The notes under the pieces were generated by a model. The model had not been told where the DNA came from. It searched no databases and saw only the letters and a program-made list of their open reading frames with translations. This document shows positions 10,151 through 23,299 of a stretch of DNA of 64,000 nt, one piece after another; positions within the stretch are counted from its first letter, which is position 1, and every line of letters starts with the position of its first letter. This stretch comes from the human T2T-CHM13v2.0 reference genome, Homo sapiens: assembly GCF_009914755.1 (NCBI RefSeq), contig NC_060942.1; one strand, written 5' to 3'. The translations under genes were made by a program, and so were the position numbers.

Positions 10151-13100
10151 AATATAATCTGGCCTTTGTCCTCTATGCTGACTTTCTCATCTCCTATACC
10201 AATTATTCTGCAAATCTGTTTTTCCCTTGGTTTTAGAAATTTGGCAGATGGCACTTTAATTTAATGTCTTTTTAAATATTCTGACTCCAACGTAAATTAA
10301 GACCATATGTGTACTGCGGTAAGATGAGACCTGGAGACATGAATCCAATTTGATTTTGCAAATGTTTATTTATCACCTACTATGTGTTAGTATCCTACCC
10401 AACATTGTCATAAAATAATATCAAAATATTATCAATAAACAAGACAATAATTATTTCAGACCCCAACAATTCAGTAAGTTACAACTTTGATTTTCAGCAG
10501 AGAACTTAATAAGAGTTTTAGAATATGAGCTACAGAAAGAAGTTTTTTTGTTTGTTCTATCAAATCTCAGAGTTAGAAGTAATCTGAGATATATGCAGTT
10601 CTAATTGAAACCCCATCCCACACAATCTTGAACAACGATCTTACAAATAGTGTACTGCCTACTTGAACACACCAAGATTAGAAACTTGACCAGCTTGCAG
10701 GAAACACAAATCTCTCAATCAATATTTCTCCTCTGTAGGCTGTGTAATCTGTTCCAATCATGTGCTCTCTGTTTCACATGGGAAGAAGGATAGGACTCTG
10801 TTTTTCTTCTTCCCTTCTCTAGAAGGAAACCATGAATCGTAAGAACAGGAGACAAATTAAGATCTTAGAAATGTAGTGCACAGAAGAGGCACATGCTATT
10901 ACCAGTTGGCCAGAGCAGAAGGGATAATTATTTCACAAGTATCACAAGAGAACTTAGGCCATGGTGAAGGTCTTTTGACTTTCCATCTGCCGCTCATTTA
11001 AAATAATTATGTACCACTTGTCAGAAAACTCTGTGCAGTTTACAGATTGAAAATAAGCATAAGAAAGTGTGGAAACCTGGAGAAGAGACACCAACAAGGA
11101 TAAAAGAGAGATTTCCATTTGGTGACTGAGGACTGGTTTATGTCACAGATGTGTTCTATTTGGTCTCCAATGATGCTTTATTGTTGTTGATTTTGAGGAT
11201 TTATTTGCCAATATGTTAAATAGGGAAATATTTTTAGTACTCTTGAAATTCAGAAGATCCAGCAGCACAGAATCAGTATTTCCAGGGCATGAGCCAAGTG
11301 CAGTTGAAGGCATATACTCCTTGACATAGGGCTTAGAATTTCTTATTCGCCCCTAGATTACCTCCAGATTCTGTACTCATTCAAGTACACTGCCTGTCCC
11401 TTAGAGGCACTGGGATTCTGTCTCTCTTGGAAAATAAACTCAAAAGCTATGGGAAAGGAAAAGAGGAGATAGGAGTTTAAGGGAAAAGAGTTTCTGAGCC
11501 AATGAATGGAATGGGATGGCCACACTGGATCTCTGAGTGTGGCAAACAAAGACAGGCGACAAAGGGAAAAATAATGGAGCCAGAGGAAACTAGCAGAAGA
11601 GAGCAGACAAAAACCATACACTGTCCCAGCAATTGCAAATAAACCAGTATTCTATGTGTACCTTTTGATTCTCAGAGTGTCTGTGACTAGCTCTCAATAA
11701 GCCCATGAAGCAACAGGCTGTAACACTGGATCACACCAGACTTTATTATTTCCATTGTCATTTTCTATTCACTTGTATACTGAATATTGCATATATCAAC
11801 CAAAAAACTGAGGACATGATATTGTTCCCGTTATTGTGCTAACTTCTGAATATACCCTGTTCAATAAAATTAACTTAGTCCACTACTTCTCAGCCATGCT
11901 AGCTCAGCCTGGCCTGACCTGGTGGATTTGGTAGAAATAGTCAGTGGTGCCTGACACATGTGGTGACTCTAGCTGGCTCCAGTCATCACTGTACTCAAGA
12001 ATGACAGTGAAGGGTAAGAGATTCCTTGTTAATAGGACAGGTAGAGCCACTGAAACATGGATAATTACTGTTTGAGGCTATTTGAGACTATAGAACATTT
12101 ATGACATATTAAATCAAAGTATATGATGAAGGAGTTGTCTGCTTTCCTTTTATCATCGGTAATTCTATCTGACACTGTTCCTTCCTTTTAAACAGATGTT
12201 TTAAACACCCTTTTAATAGTTCATTTCACATATTCCCAACATGCAGCCAAGTTAAGCTTTAGAATTTTTAAAGTTATACACATTTTGCCACATATATGTA
12301 TCCACACTTGCATTCACATCTTTTTATACATTATTTTGAATTATCTGGTACTCAGAGTTCCCTGAACAGTCTTGATAGAACTGGGTGCAAACAATTTTGA
12401 AATAAACTTTGGATGGATATGTAATCATACCAACTGGATTAAAAGTATAAGCAAAAAAAAATCAACTATTCCTCTCATGTTATTGTATCTTGCAGAAATT
12501 CATTTGCTTATTTTTTTATTTATCATAGGTTTTCATTTGTATAGATATAACCACATTCCAAGGAATCATTTATACTATTTGTCAGCATTTCCCCAAATAA
12601 CTTTATGAATTCAAGTTTCTAAAAAGGCTGACTGACTTAAAAGTCAGTTAGCCTGCAGCAGGTGGATCCACTATATTGCATTATACTGTATAATCTGTGC
12701 TACGGAACCAGTTTCATTTGCTTCTTTTTCTTTAAGCCAAATTCTTTGCACATGAAAGAATCCATTCTTTTCTTTGACACTTGAACTCTATAGATGGAGT
12801 AATGTAAGAGACTAGAGAATTAAAAACAGTGAATGTTGCCTAGTTTCTCTCTATATTATGGATATAACACAATGCACAGCTTTATTTCTCAAAAACATGA
12901 CAATTTTAACAGAAAAATGAATATTAAAGGTAATTTTCCTATTTATACACACTGTGAATAATATCAAAATATTTAATAAATAGATATTAATACAATTCTT
13001 ATAGAATTTTCATGAAAAGACAGCTATTCATAGTAGTGTTTTTTTTCCCTTAAATTTGTACCTAAAGTTTTTTTGAAACAATGAGAAGATGCTAGTCATG

Positions 13101-13319
13101 ATCTTCAGAAGAGTTTTATTTTATCCTAAGTTTATCATTAAAAAGTAATTCTTAGTAAGATAAAGTATATAATGATATAATTAAAATTTAAAATCAGAAT
13201 TATTAAATCTCAAAATTTGGAAGAATCACACCAGTCATTTAGACCAATCTCACTGCCTTTGTTTCTACCAAACACTAGTTACTATGTTTAGTATTAATAT
13301 ATTCAACACCTATATGGAT

Positions 13320-15595
13320 CCAATTTCTAGACTCTCACTTTGACATCTTCTTCTATCATGAACATTTCTTCCACTCAGCTCCATTTATTTACTCCTATGG
13401 CCACTGCCGAAACTTTACCAGCACCGGAAACTACATCTTAATGTCAGGGAACCAGTATCCACTTGTCTAGAATGACATCTTATCCTTGCAACTCACTTGA
13501 TCTAAGATCTGCTCTGGAATTGTTTTTCAACTTATCAAGAGCCCCAATTTACTTCTCTCTTTATATCAATCACCCCTCCACCACTCTGTTTTATCTCCAT
13601 AATTATTGTCCTCATATGCTGTAGTTAGTAAATACAAACTTCAGTGTCTTTCTCTGAAATCATTGTACTACCAGATAAAACCACACCCTTATATGCAATC
13701 AACTACTGGCTTTTTTTTTTTTTTAATCTTTGCACACATGCTCAGTGGAGACTGCTTGTGATTGTGCCTTACTGAGGCAGATGATGATTCAGACAAGTTA
13801 CTCTATTACTCATAGAACCAACTTCAAATAGGCACGTAACTCTACACAACAATACTATCTCACTATATTTTAAAAAATTATCCTCTCATTACCAGTAATA
13901 CTTTAGCATCTTCCCCACTCCCTTCAACCTCAACAACCTGGATAACTAGTATGAAGGGCTTTACTGACAAAATGGAAGCCATGAAACAGAAATTCATCCT
14001 ACCACCACCTTCTGTATCTCATTTCTTCTTGTTTCTCCTTTTTGCAGCAGAGAATGTGACCCTGCGGTCCCCTGAAGTCAGTTTCTCCAAACGTGGACTT
14101 TACTTTCTCAACACATTTGTTCCTTCAGTTATTCCCACTGTAGCAACTTTGTCTCTGTCTCTCAATTAGATAATTCCTACTGACAAATAGGCTATAACAC
14201 CTCACATCTTTAAAAGAATACACATTTCATGTAATTGCTGTCTGCACCAGTATCTCCAATTCTTTATCTCCTATTATCTTTGTCAACCCTCTCCAGCCTG
14301 CCTACTGTTCCCACTACCCTACTCAATTCCTCCCGCCAAGGCATTGTTGGTCCTTACCTTTCAAAACTTTTTTTTGTTTTTGTTTTTTGAGACGGAGTCT
14401 CGCTCTGTCACCCAGGCTGGAGTGCAGTGGCATGATCTCTGCTTACTGCAACCTCCACCTCACCAGTTCAAGTGATTCACTAGTCTGAGCCTCCTGAGTA
14501 GCTGGGACTACAGACACATGCCACCATGCCCGGCTAATTTTTGCATTTTTAGTAGAGACGAGGTTTCACCATGCTGGTCAGGCTGGTCTCAAACTCCTGA
14601 CCTCGTGATCCGCTTGCCTTGGCCTTCCAAAGTGCTGGGATTACCGGCGTGAGCCACTGCGCCCATAGAAAAGATTAGTTCTTTCTGAACTTTTAAACAC
14701 CATTCAGCAGTGTTCACCATTCTCTCTAACTTAAAACACTGTCCCTCATAACATATTTAAAAAATTCTATTTCTTACTGTTATTTCTCAGATTCTTGTAT
14801 AGGCCACAGTTCTTTCAGTAGAACTCTAACCAATTTCCGTACATGTAAGTATCATAAATATACTAATGACTCTGAACATTATATATCTTGCCTCATGCAT
14901 GAATACCCAAATGTTTTCCTGTAATCACAAAATGAACATCTCAAAGTGACCACAAATTTGACATGTTCCGAAGTAATTAAATTTTGATATTCTCTGCCAA
15001 AAGCTGCTCTAGAAATTTTGCCACTCCTTCTTCATCTTAGAAAATGCTATTATTCTCCACCAAAGGCAAATAACCAAGAGTCATTACTAGAAAATTTGTC
15101 TCCTTTACCACTCATGCCCAATATAGATCAAATTCTTTAAGATCTTTTCCTCAATAAACCTCAAGTCTGTCACCTTTTCTATTACCACATTTTTTCTAAG
15201 TCTCAATCATCTCTCAATTAGATCATTATAGTAATCTTCTAAGTGGTGTTGGGGTGTCGTCTCCCGGCTACTTCAATCCATTTTCCAATATTAAGTTTAT
15301 TTGTTTAATTAAACATGTTAACTTGTGGTGCTCTTATGCTTAAAAAGTTTCATTAGCTTTCTATTTATATAATGAATGAAACCAATGTTTAGCCTAGTTT
15401 AAGAAATGTAAGAACTCCTTTTACCCTAGCTTTCTTCCTGTTTACTTTTATTCATCATGCCTTGAATCATACCTATCTTCTTTAATTTTCTCTAACACAA
15501 AATCCTCCTGTTTCTTCTTTGCAATCCTGCAAACCCAAACCCAGCAGCTAGTAAATATTCAATATATATGAATTAATTAATTGATGAATGAGTGA
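13320..15595 (+). mobile_element. Long degenerate L2 LINE, interrupted by an Alu
   Basis: Pyrimidine-rich L2-like blocks (ttactgacaaaatggaagccatgaaacagaa; catctcaaagtgac..catgttcc; aatcatctctcaattagatcattatagtaatcttctaagtggt) ending in an L2-like tail gtaaatattc...tgatgaatgagtga. Confidence 0.6.
14368..14664 (-). mobile_element. AluS (AluSg-like)
   Basis: T-rich tail, then GAGACGGAGTCTCGCTCTGTCACCCAGGCTGGAGTGCAGTGG...CTCCTGACCTCGTGATCCGC (2-bp deletion of the Sg/Sc/Y lineage)...GTGAGCCACTGCGCCC. Confidence 0.96.
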
Positions 15596-15789
15596 TTTTA
15601 TTTCAGATTGCTATCAAATGCTCAATTCCCCTGCATAGTATCTCCAATGAGTCAAATCCTGGAATTCCCTATAGGAACACCTGGGATATATAGTATCAAC
15701 TTACAAATACCATTCTTTCTTAATTTTGAAAGAAAAACTGAGTAAAATATGAGAGCTGTAGCTTTTAAAAAAAATAGAAAATACACCAT

Positions 15790-16600
15790 AAAAATTTTAG
15801 TCAAGCATGGCAGACTAAATACATGTATTTATTTCTAATCTACTTCAAGCTCCAATATAATAACTGTTTACAAATGAAATGGTCTAATATCACAAGTTCA
15901 AAATTAATAAGAGTGGATGAGACATGCCAACAAATTTTTGGAATGTAAAAATAGATAAGACATTGTTAATGATTTGACAAAGCACAAAGCCTTAAAATAT
16001 TTCTGTATAGAGAGAAGTTTCCAAAGTAGGGCAACTCAGAGATAAATCAAGAATGGGAAGATTCACACACCTCAACTGTAAAAGAGAAATATGAGACTAA
16101 AAGCAGTGGATTAATTAAAACTTTGTTTGATGAGATATTATACATAGATGTCTTCTCCATCATTCCAAGCACTTAAGCAGCTGCCCTTTCCAAACACTCA
16201 TAGAGGATAAGAGATTATTTTCTATAAAAATCAAACCAGATTGTTGTGTACATCAAGCAAAGGAGGGATGGCAGGGAGGTGATATACTGAAACAGAATTA
16301 CTGTATGAAAACCTGGAATGAACAATTAGATACTCAGTTCTCCTTACCTGCACAGTAATAGTAATTCTTACTACCAGACTGGATGCTGGAGGGCTCTCCT
16401 TCAGAGAAACAGAAAAGAAAAAAAAGCCTATAGCCACTAATATTTGAATCTCTGCAATTAAATACCTGGGTCCCTTCCCAATCATATAGCAGTGATGCTC
16501 ACCAGTTAACAAGAACTGAAGACACATGACAGATTCCAATCAGTGATTTATTACCACTGTCAAATAAGAATGGACACTCAAAGATTACCTGAAAAAGTCC
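15790..16600 (+). mobile_element. Ancient L1ME/HAL1-type 5' region
   Basis: agtcaagcatggcagactaaatacatgtatttatttct start and aagaatggacactcaaagattacc end resemble old L1ME/HAL1 5' regions; A-rich + strand. Confidence 0.4.
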
Positions 16601-16749
16601 TTTAATATGGCCCCAGATTGAATAATTCCTAATTTCCTATATCATAAATTCAAAAATTATCTAAAATTCAGTGAAATTAGTCCATATTATCAATGCCAAC
16701 CTTACACATAAACAGAGTTGACATTCTCTTATGATGCTGAACAATGCAG

Positions 16750-16851
16750 ATGAAGAACGCTGGCTTTGGATTAAGAAGACCCTTAGTTTGAATTTTAATT
16801 TTGACCCATGATAGCTGTGTAAACTTAGTCAAAATTCTTCAGTTATTGAGC
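16750..16851 (+). mobile_element. MIR, 5' half (split by a solo LTR)
   Basis: gaagaacgctggctttggattaagaagacccttagtttgaattttaattttgacc..atagctgtgtaaacttagtcaaa..ttgagc matches the MIR tRNA-derived and core region. Confidence 0.7.
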
Positions 16852-17373
16852 TGATGCTTTAGCCTGAGTTAAACAGAGAACAGAGCCTAAGGTAGAGGGT
16901 TTCTATTCTATTCTTTCATAATGGATTGCTGGGCAAGATAACAAAAGCAATGGATAAGCACAGAAATGCAGGGCAGAAGAGAGAGCCATGAGGAAGATAT
17001 ATTATCAGGGTGGTTGCCATTAAGTGAAACCAGTTACCCAGTTTAATGGAATTATCCCCAGGGAGCAAGGTCTGTGGCATCTCAAGACTCTTTATCAAAG
17101 AGGAGAATGGGAGAAAAATCATCTTTTTTGTATTTCCTACTGTTCAAAAGTTTGTCCCTTGCTTTCCTGGTTATGAATGCATGGAAGTCTAGTTGAAGTC
17201 CAGCAAAGACATCAACAAGGAATCATAGGAAAGAGATAAAAGGCCTGAGACATGGATATAAGGGAAGGTAGTGTTAAGTGGCACCTTTTTGGGAGTCCAA
17301 ACTGAGCAGGAGTAAAACTGAAGCAACTGCTTTAACTAAGACATGTGTGCCCACAAAGACCTGAAGTGACACA
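16852..17373. mobile_element. Solo LTR, probably ERVL class (LTR33/LTR41-like), 522 bp
   Basis: Begins TG, ends CA, flanked by a perfect 5-bp TSD TGAGC (16847-16851 and 17374-17378), and splits a MIR in register. The start (agagaacagagcctaaggtagagg) resembles ERVL LTR ends. Family uncertain. Confidence 0.65.
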
Positions 17374-17480
17374 TGAGCTTTCACAGTTTTTTAACTGTAA
17401 AATGGTAATGATATCACCTATGTTTCTGGATTACTACAAATATTAAATAGCATAAATGGCACACTTGCAAAGCATATTTT
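17374..17480 (+). mobile_element. MIR, 3' half
   Basis: tgagctttcacagttttttaactgtaaaatggtaatgatatcacctatgtttctggattact..aaatattaaatag continues the MIR core. Confidence 0.7.
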
Positions 17481-18749
17481 AATAAACATATTTAATATTT
17501 CCCTTATTGATTTCTTTAATCAATAAAAGCATTTCTGAAATTTGTGTAAAGGTCTAGATGAAGGGACATTGGACATGCTTTGATAATCATTGAGACTGGG
17601 TGATAGATAAATGATTGTCATGGTCTTTACTTTGATATGCATGTTTGACATCTTTGTAAACATAGTTTTAAAAATAATATTTGTAAAATTTAAAAACAGA
17701 AACAAATAATTCTGATTTCAAAGGTCAACTAATAGACTCCTAGTCATGTCAGGATATCAATGCCTATCTCATTCACTTTCTGGTGCTTAAAAAATAATAA
17801 AAGTAATTATTTCCCAATCTTCACTTTCTACAATGCTAAACTATTTATTTCTCCTTTTCTGAGCCCACATGCTTTCCTCAATGAATGTTACCGAGATGGA
17901 ATTTATATCTTATATTTCAGGTGTATTTACATTCATTTCTTCCCCACTATGTTGCAAACAAGTTGTTTTGCCCATTTGTTCTTATCCTGAGGTCATGAAA
18001 ACATCTAACTCTACTATCTTCCAGAAGCTATATTGTCTTGCCTTTGACCTTAAGGATTATGGTCTTGAATTAATTTTTGTATGTGTAAGTGACCACACAA
18101 ACTTGTTAGAAATCTAGTTTCAAGTATTTTTTTCATATGGATTCAAATTACACCACCAGTACACGCATATTGAAAAAAAGTATTTTTCTACTGTTTTGCA
18201 ATGGAAATATTGATATAAATCAAGTACCCATATATGCACAGGTCAGTTTATGAACTTGCTATTTTGTTGTACTGGTTTGTTTGTATATATTTTTTGCCCT
18301 GATAAGACACTGCCTTAGTTATTGCAACTTCTGTTATAAGCTTTGAGATCTGAGAAAGAAAGTTATTCCAGCTACTTATTTTGTATTTGCTATCTTTGGT
18401 CTTTTGCATTTATATAAATTTTATAATCAGTTTGTCAATTACTAAAACAAAATGTACTGGGATTTTGATTGGGACTGCATTGAATATAAAGATCAATATG
18501 GAGAGTATTGACTTCTTCAAAATGTTGAGTCTTCCAGGCCATGAAGAGGGAATATCCTTTTAATTATTTAGGACATCATTAATTTTTCTAAATAAATAAG
18601 TGCAATTCCTTTCCAGAGGTCTTCACATATCTGGTTAACTTTTGTTCTTGTGTATATTTATGCTATTATAAATGCTAAACATGGTTACTTTCCCTTTCTG
18701 TTGGTTAGCGATACATAGAAATGGAATTTCTTTTTGAATATTCAATCCG

Positions 18750-19696
18750 CGTATTAGTTTTCTAATGGTGTTGTGACGAATTACACCAACTTAGTGGCTT
18801 TAAAACAACACCCATTTATTATCTCACAGTTTAATCAGTTAGAAGTCTGGACTCAGCGTGGCTCAGTTGGATGTCTTTCTAGAGGCTCTGTGGACGATTT
18901 TTTTCCCAACATCATGAAAATTATTGGCATAATTCAGTTCCACGGAGTTACAGGACTGATTTCCCTTTTTTTTCTTACTAGCTTTAGCCAGGGTTTATTC
19001 TCAGCTTCGAGAGGGCACTCACATTCTTGGCTCATTCCTCCATCTTGAAAGCCAGCAATAGTGAGTCAACTTCTTCTCTTGTTTTAAGTTTCTGTGACCT
19101 CACTTTCTGCTTCATCTCTTTTCTGCTTCATCTCTTCTCCGCCTCCTTCTCTGTCAGATCTCTCTTACTTTTCTGCCTTCCTTTTCTGCTTTTAAGTGCT
19201 CCAGTTATTACATTGGGCCCGACCAGGTAACCCAGGTTAACCACTCCATTTTAAAGTTAACTGATTAATAATCTTAATAACTTCTGGCCAGGTGCAGTGG
19301 CTCACGCCTGTAATCCCAGCACTTTGGGAGGCCGAGTCGCGTGGATCACGAGGTCAGGAGTTCAAGACCAGCCTGGCCAAGATGCTGAAACCCCGTCTCT
19401 ACTAAAAATACAAAAAAATTAGCGGGGCGTGGTGGCAGGCCCCTGAATCCCAGCCACTCGGGAGGCTAAGGCAGAGAATTGCTTGAACCCAGGACGCAGA
19501 GCTTGCAGTGAGCCGAGATCATGCCACTGCACTCCAGCCTGGGTGACAGAGCGAGACTCGTCGAAAAATAAATAAATAACAAAATAAAAAATGACATCCA
19601 AACAATTCATGCACAATAGTATCTACACATGTGTTTGCTTGAATAATCAGAATATGGGACTCTTGAGAGTACATCACTAAAATTCTACCTACCACA
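18750..19696 (-). mobile_element. MLT1E-family MaLR solo LTR, interrupted by an Alu
   Basis: gtattagttttcta...caacttagtggctttaaaacaacacccatttattatctcacagtt...aattctacctaccaca (reverse complement of TGTGGTAGGCAGAATT). Confidence 0.82.
19286..19591 (+). mobile_element. AluS (Sg group)
   Basis: GGCCAGGTGCAGTGGCTCACGCCTGTAATCCCAGCACTTTGGGAGGCCGAG..GGATCACGAGGTCAGGAGTTCAAGACCAGCCTGGCCAAGATG...A-rich tail; degenerate TSD aataacttct / aatgacatcc. Confidence 0.96.
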
Positions 19697-21164
19697 CCTT
19701 GTACCTGGCTTCCTTATCAAACTCACTTAACAATCTATTTATGTGTAGAATTTAATTTTTAGATTTTTAAATATATATACACACACATATATATGTAATC
19801 TTAAAATTTGACAGTTTTTATTTATTCCTTTGAAGTTATTATTTATTTTCCTTCTATTGATTACATGGGTTCACTAGTTAGGCCTTTTAATAAAACACAA
19901 AATATAAGTAATTTTTACTTTCAAAAGTTTTCAACATTTCCTCATAAGATATGTTTGTTATGTGATTGTTGTAGATTTTTAAAATCAAATTAAGGAAAAT
20001 TCTTTCTTTTACAATTTTGCTAAGAGTTTTCCCACTAAAGGATGTTGAATTTTATCAAATGTAATTTCTGCATCTTTTTATGTCTGTGAATGTTCTCCTT
20101 TATTCTGTTAAAATCCTGAATTATGTTAATTTGTCTTTTGATTTTTAACCCAATCTTGTTTTCTAAAAATAAACCTAACTTGGATATCTTGGTTTAAACT
20201 TTACATATGGTGTTGAATTCACTGTATTAAAATTTGTGTAGGAATTTACAAAATGTTTATGAGTCAGACTGCCAGTAATTTGCCTTTAGAAGAAAATACT
20301 ATTGTCAGGTTTTGGTATCTGGGTGTTTGTTAGCACCAACAAATGATTTAGTAACCATTTCCTATTTTCAATTGTCTGGAAGAGTTTGTGTTAGAATGAT
20401 GTTCTTTCTTCTATATGTGTTTGGTACAATTTACTGGTGAAGCCATCTGGACTTGATGTTTTCTTTATGTAATGATTTTTAATTATAGACGTCATTTCTT
20501 TAATTTCAGTAGTTATATAAATCCTCATATTCTTTCTTTCTGTTTTCAGTTTTATCAGTTCTATATTTTAGGAAATTATTTCAACTGAATTTTCAAACAT
20601 ATTATTTATAACATCATATTATAATCTTCCTAATATCAGAGAGATCTGTAATTATGTCTCCTTTTCATCTGTACTGTCGTTGATTTGTCCTATTTTTTTC
20701 TTTTTCTTCATCAGAAACACTAAAGAATTTTTTATTTTATTAGATTTTCTAAAAGTTAAGATCTTATTGATTTTGACTAGTATATAAGTCCTTTATTTTG
20801 TTAATTTCTAGTTGTATTTTTATTATTTCCTTCCTAGTTCTTCTTTTTATTTAATCGTTCTTAAGATGGATACTTAAGTAATTGATTTTCATCTTCTAAG
20901 CTTTATTAGTATGTTTATTTAAAGCAATACATTTCCATATTACCATGACCTTAGCTGCAGTGTATGTATTTTGGTGTACAGTATTTTCTTTATTTTTCAA
21001 TTAAAATTTGTCTTGACTTCCTCTATGATGTCTTCTATGATTCTTCCTCTATAATTCTTCTTTTGACCATATAGAAGTGTATTCATTAATTCAATCACAT
21101 ATAAATATTCTCCTTTTATCTTTTTGCTACTGGTTTGTTTGTTTAGCTACATTTAGGGAAAATT

Positions 21165-21870
21165 TCATTTCTGAGACGACAGAGGAAGCACATTCCATTT
21201 TATTCCTTCTGCTAATGACAAAAAAAAAAAAAAATTGGAAAAAACACAAAAGCCAGAGTCAAAAGACTCTGAAAAATGGAGAAAAAGTGCAGACAGGCTA
21301 AGGATTTGGGAGATTGAGGAACAACGACAGGTGAGTTCTCTGTCTTTTTTTTTCTTTCTTTTTTGATATATATATATATATCAACAATCTCAATGTTTAA
21401 GAGAAGCCCTCAAGCCAGAATTTCCAACAGTTGCAGATAAAACATTGTGCTTGCTTAACGTATTTAACCAAAAGACCCGAAAAGCAAGGATATAAAAGAA
21501 TATTTTAATAATATCATTCTGTTCTTAAGGTGAACACTTCAAAGAAACCACACCCCTCCCCTCCCCAATGCGTGCTGAAGCAGTGGAATCCATGAGTGGA
21601 ACCTTGTCATATATAATCTCCACACTAAATTTATAGCAAAGCCCCCATCTCTCAACCTGTGTTGAAATTCTGACTTCCAGACACACCTTTCAGTAATGAG
21701 GAGGTACTCTTCCATGATAAACCCTGTGGGCAAAGCTTCCACATTCATCCCACCCCTAAAGCAATAAATTTGCACCTTTCCCAAGTAGAATCAATGGGAA
21801 GAATTTTGACTTCTATCCCCACCTGATGGTAATGAGGCAGTATCTCTCTCTTTTTCCAGACAGTGTTTAA
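21165..21870 (+). mobile_element. Ancient L1M (L1MC/L1MD-type) 5' UTR fragment
   Basis: aagactctgaaaaatggagaaaaagtgcagacaggctaagg...gaggaacaacgacaggtgagttctctg...aagagaagcc..caagccagaa..ccaaaagacccgaaaag matches the L1MC/MD 5' end as recalled. Confidence 0.55.
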
Positions 21871-22219
21871 GAATTTGTTGTATAGAGCGCTATTACCTGA
21901 ATAACACATTGTGGCAGAGCAAAATAACCCTTAAGCATTTAGTTTTCAGATTTATTTTCAACTATTTAGAGGGTTATTTCTTGACTACCACAGATAAGTC
22001 ATTCCCTTCTCCATTGTTCTATAGTTTACTGCCCTTTTTTTCTATCATGGCATTTACCCACTATTTCATATTGTTATTTATAGTTTACATGCTTAATATC
22101 TCCATCTCCCAACAAATATGGGAACATCATTAGGTCAGAGAAATTTTATTTCTTTTCCCTCTGAAGTCTCAGTATTAGTTGTTACATTAATTAGCACTTA
22201 TTTAAATTTTTAGTTTTCT

Positions 22220-22565
22220 TTTTCTTTGCCTCATGTTACTGTTACACCCTTCCACTACCAAGCTTAAAGTTAGGAATGATTCATGTGACTGGAATTGAAT
22301 GACTGCTCTGAGAAAGAAGTCCATAAAAGTCTGCATGCAATTTGCCATGTCTCCATCCTTTCTTTGCCATAGAAACTAAAGATCTTCCAGATAGTCGAGG
22401 CTCTGTTAATGTTATTTCTTGAATAACGACTATCTGAACAGAACATCTGTGACTTGGAATGGGGACATGTAGCTTGGAGAAAAAGTAAGCACACAGTGTT
22501 TTAAGTTACTGTGGTTTTATGGTTATTTGTTACTGCAGCATAACCCACCCTGCCCTGACTTAAGT
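22220..22565 (+). mobile_element. Old MaLR LTR (MLT1J/K-like)
   Basis: 3' end ggacatgtagcttggagaaaaagtaagc..gtgttttaagttactgtggttttatggttatttgttactgcagcataaccca..ctgact. Confidence 0.65.
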
Positions 22566-23299
22566 GATATAATATTTAACAAATATTTATAAAATAAATA
22601 AATTCAAATTCACTCTAATACCTAGAAAATTATCAAGTATAGTAAACCAAATAATAAATATTTATTAAGGAATATGGAAACAGTGACCTATGAGAAGTCT
22701 TGATATACTGACCATCCATTGTTGCAGCAGATCTCACTATTGCTATTGTGCTTAACATTTCAATTACAAAAATTAAAAAAAAAAAACACCATTCATCAGT
22801 GCAGGTCTGTGTATTTAAAGAAATAATTTACAAGTTTTTTTTTCCTTTGTAAACATATTGTTTTGAAGTGCAAATATATATAATTTGCACTTTGGGATGG
22901 AATGGAATGGGATGCCCTATTGGCAGTCCATACATCTGGATTATAAATGGATTTCCATCCCATCTTCCTCCCCATCTCTTTCCCTTTTTGATCATTCTAT
23001 GGAAATGGAAAGCTAGCAGAAGTTTGAAGAATTGTCACGCAAACAACAACAACAAAACTTTAGCATATTAACCTGTTGTCCAACCTTATATAAGCAGTTT
23101 GTATTTAAAACATCCCTAAGTGGATTTTAATTCCAGTTTCAATCATTGTTAACTATTTTTGAAATATTTAAAATCCCAACCACTATACCACTATTTCTCT
23201 TCAACTAGTCCTTACTTTTATAAACAAAAAAGTAACAGTAAATAATTTATAACTAGGTCTCTCTGAATCTAAAAACACGTTCTTATACACTATGTGATG

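Larger units (their letters stand above)
17960..21070 (-). mobile_element. Ancient L1M (L1ME-like) ORF2 region, host of the MLT1E/Alu nest
   Basis: T-rich antisense L1 ORF2 motifs: gggattttgattgggactgcattgaatataaagatcaatatggagagtattgac; ggatgttgaattttatcaaatg; gtacaatttactggtgaagccatctggacttgatgttttcttt. Confidence 0.8.

Noticed and set aside
11320-11730. Possible ancient LTR (AATAAA near 11638, ends tgtaaca)
   Set aside because: No convincing 5' TG boundary or TSD and no family that I recognise.
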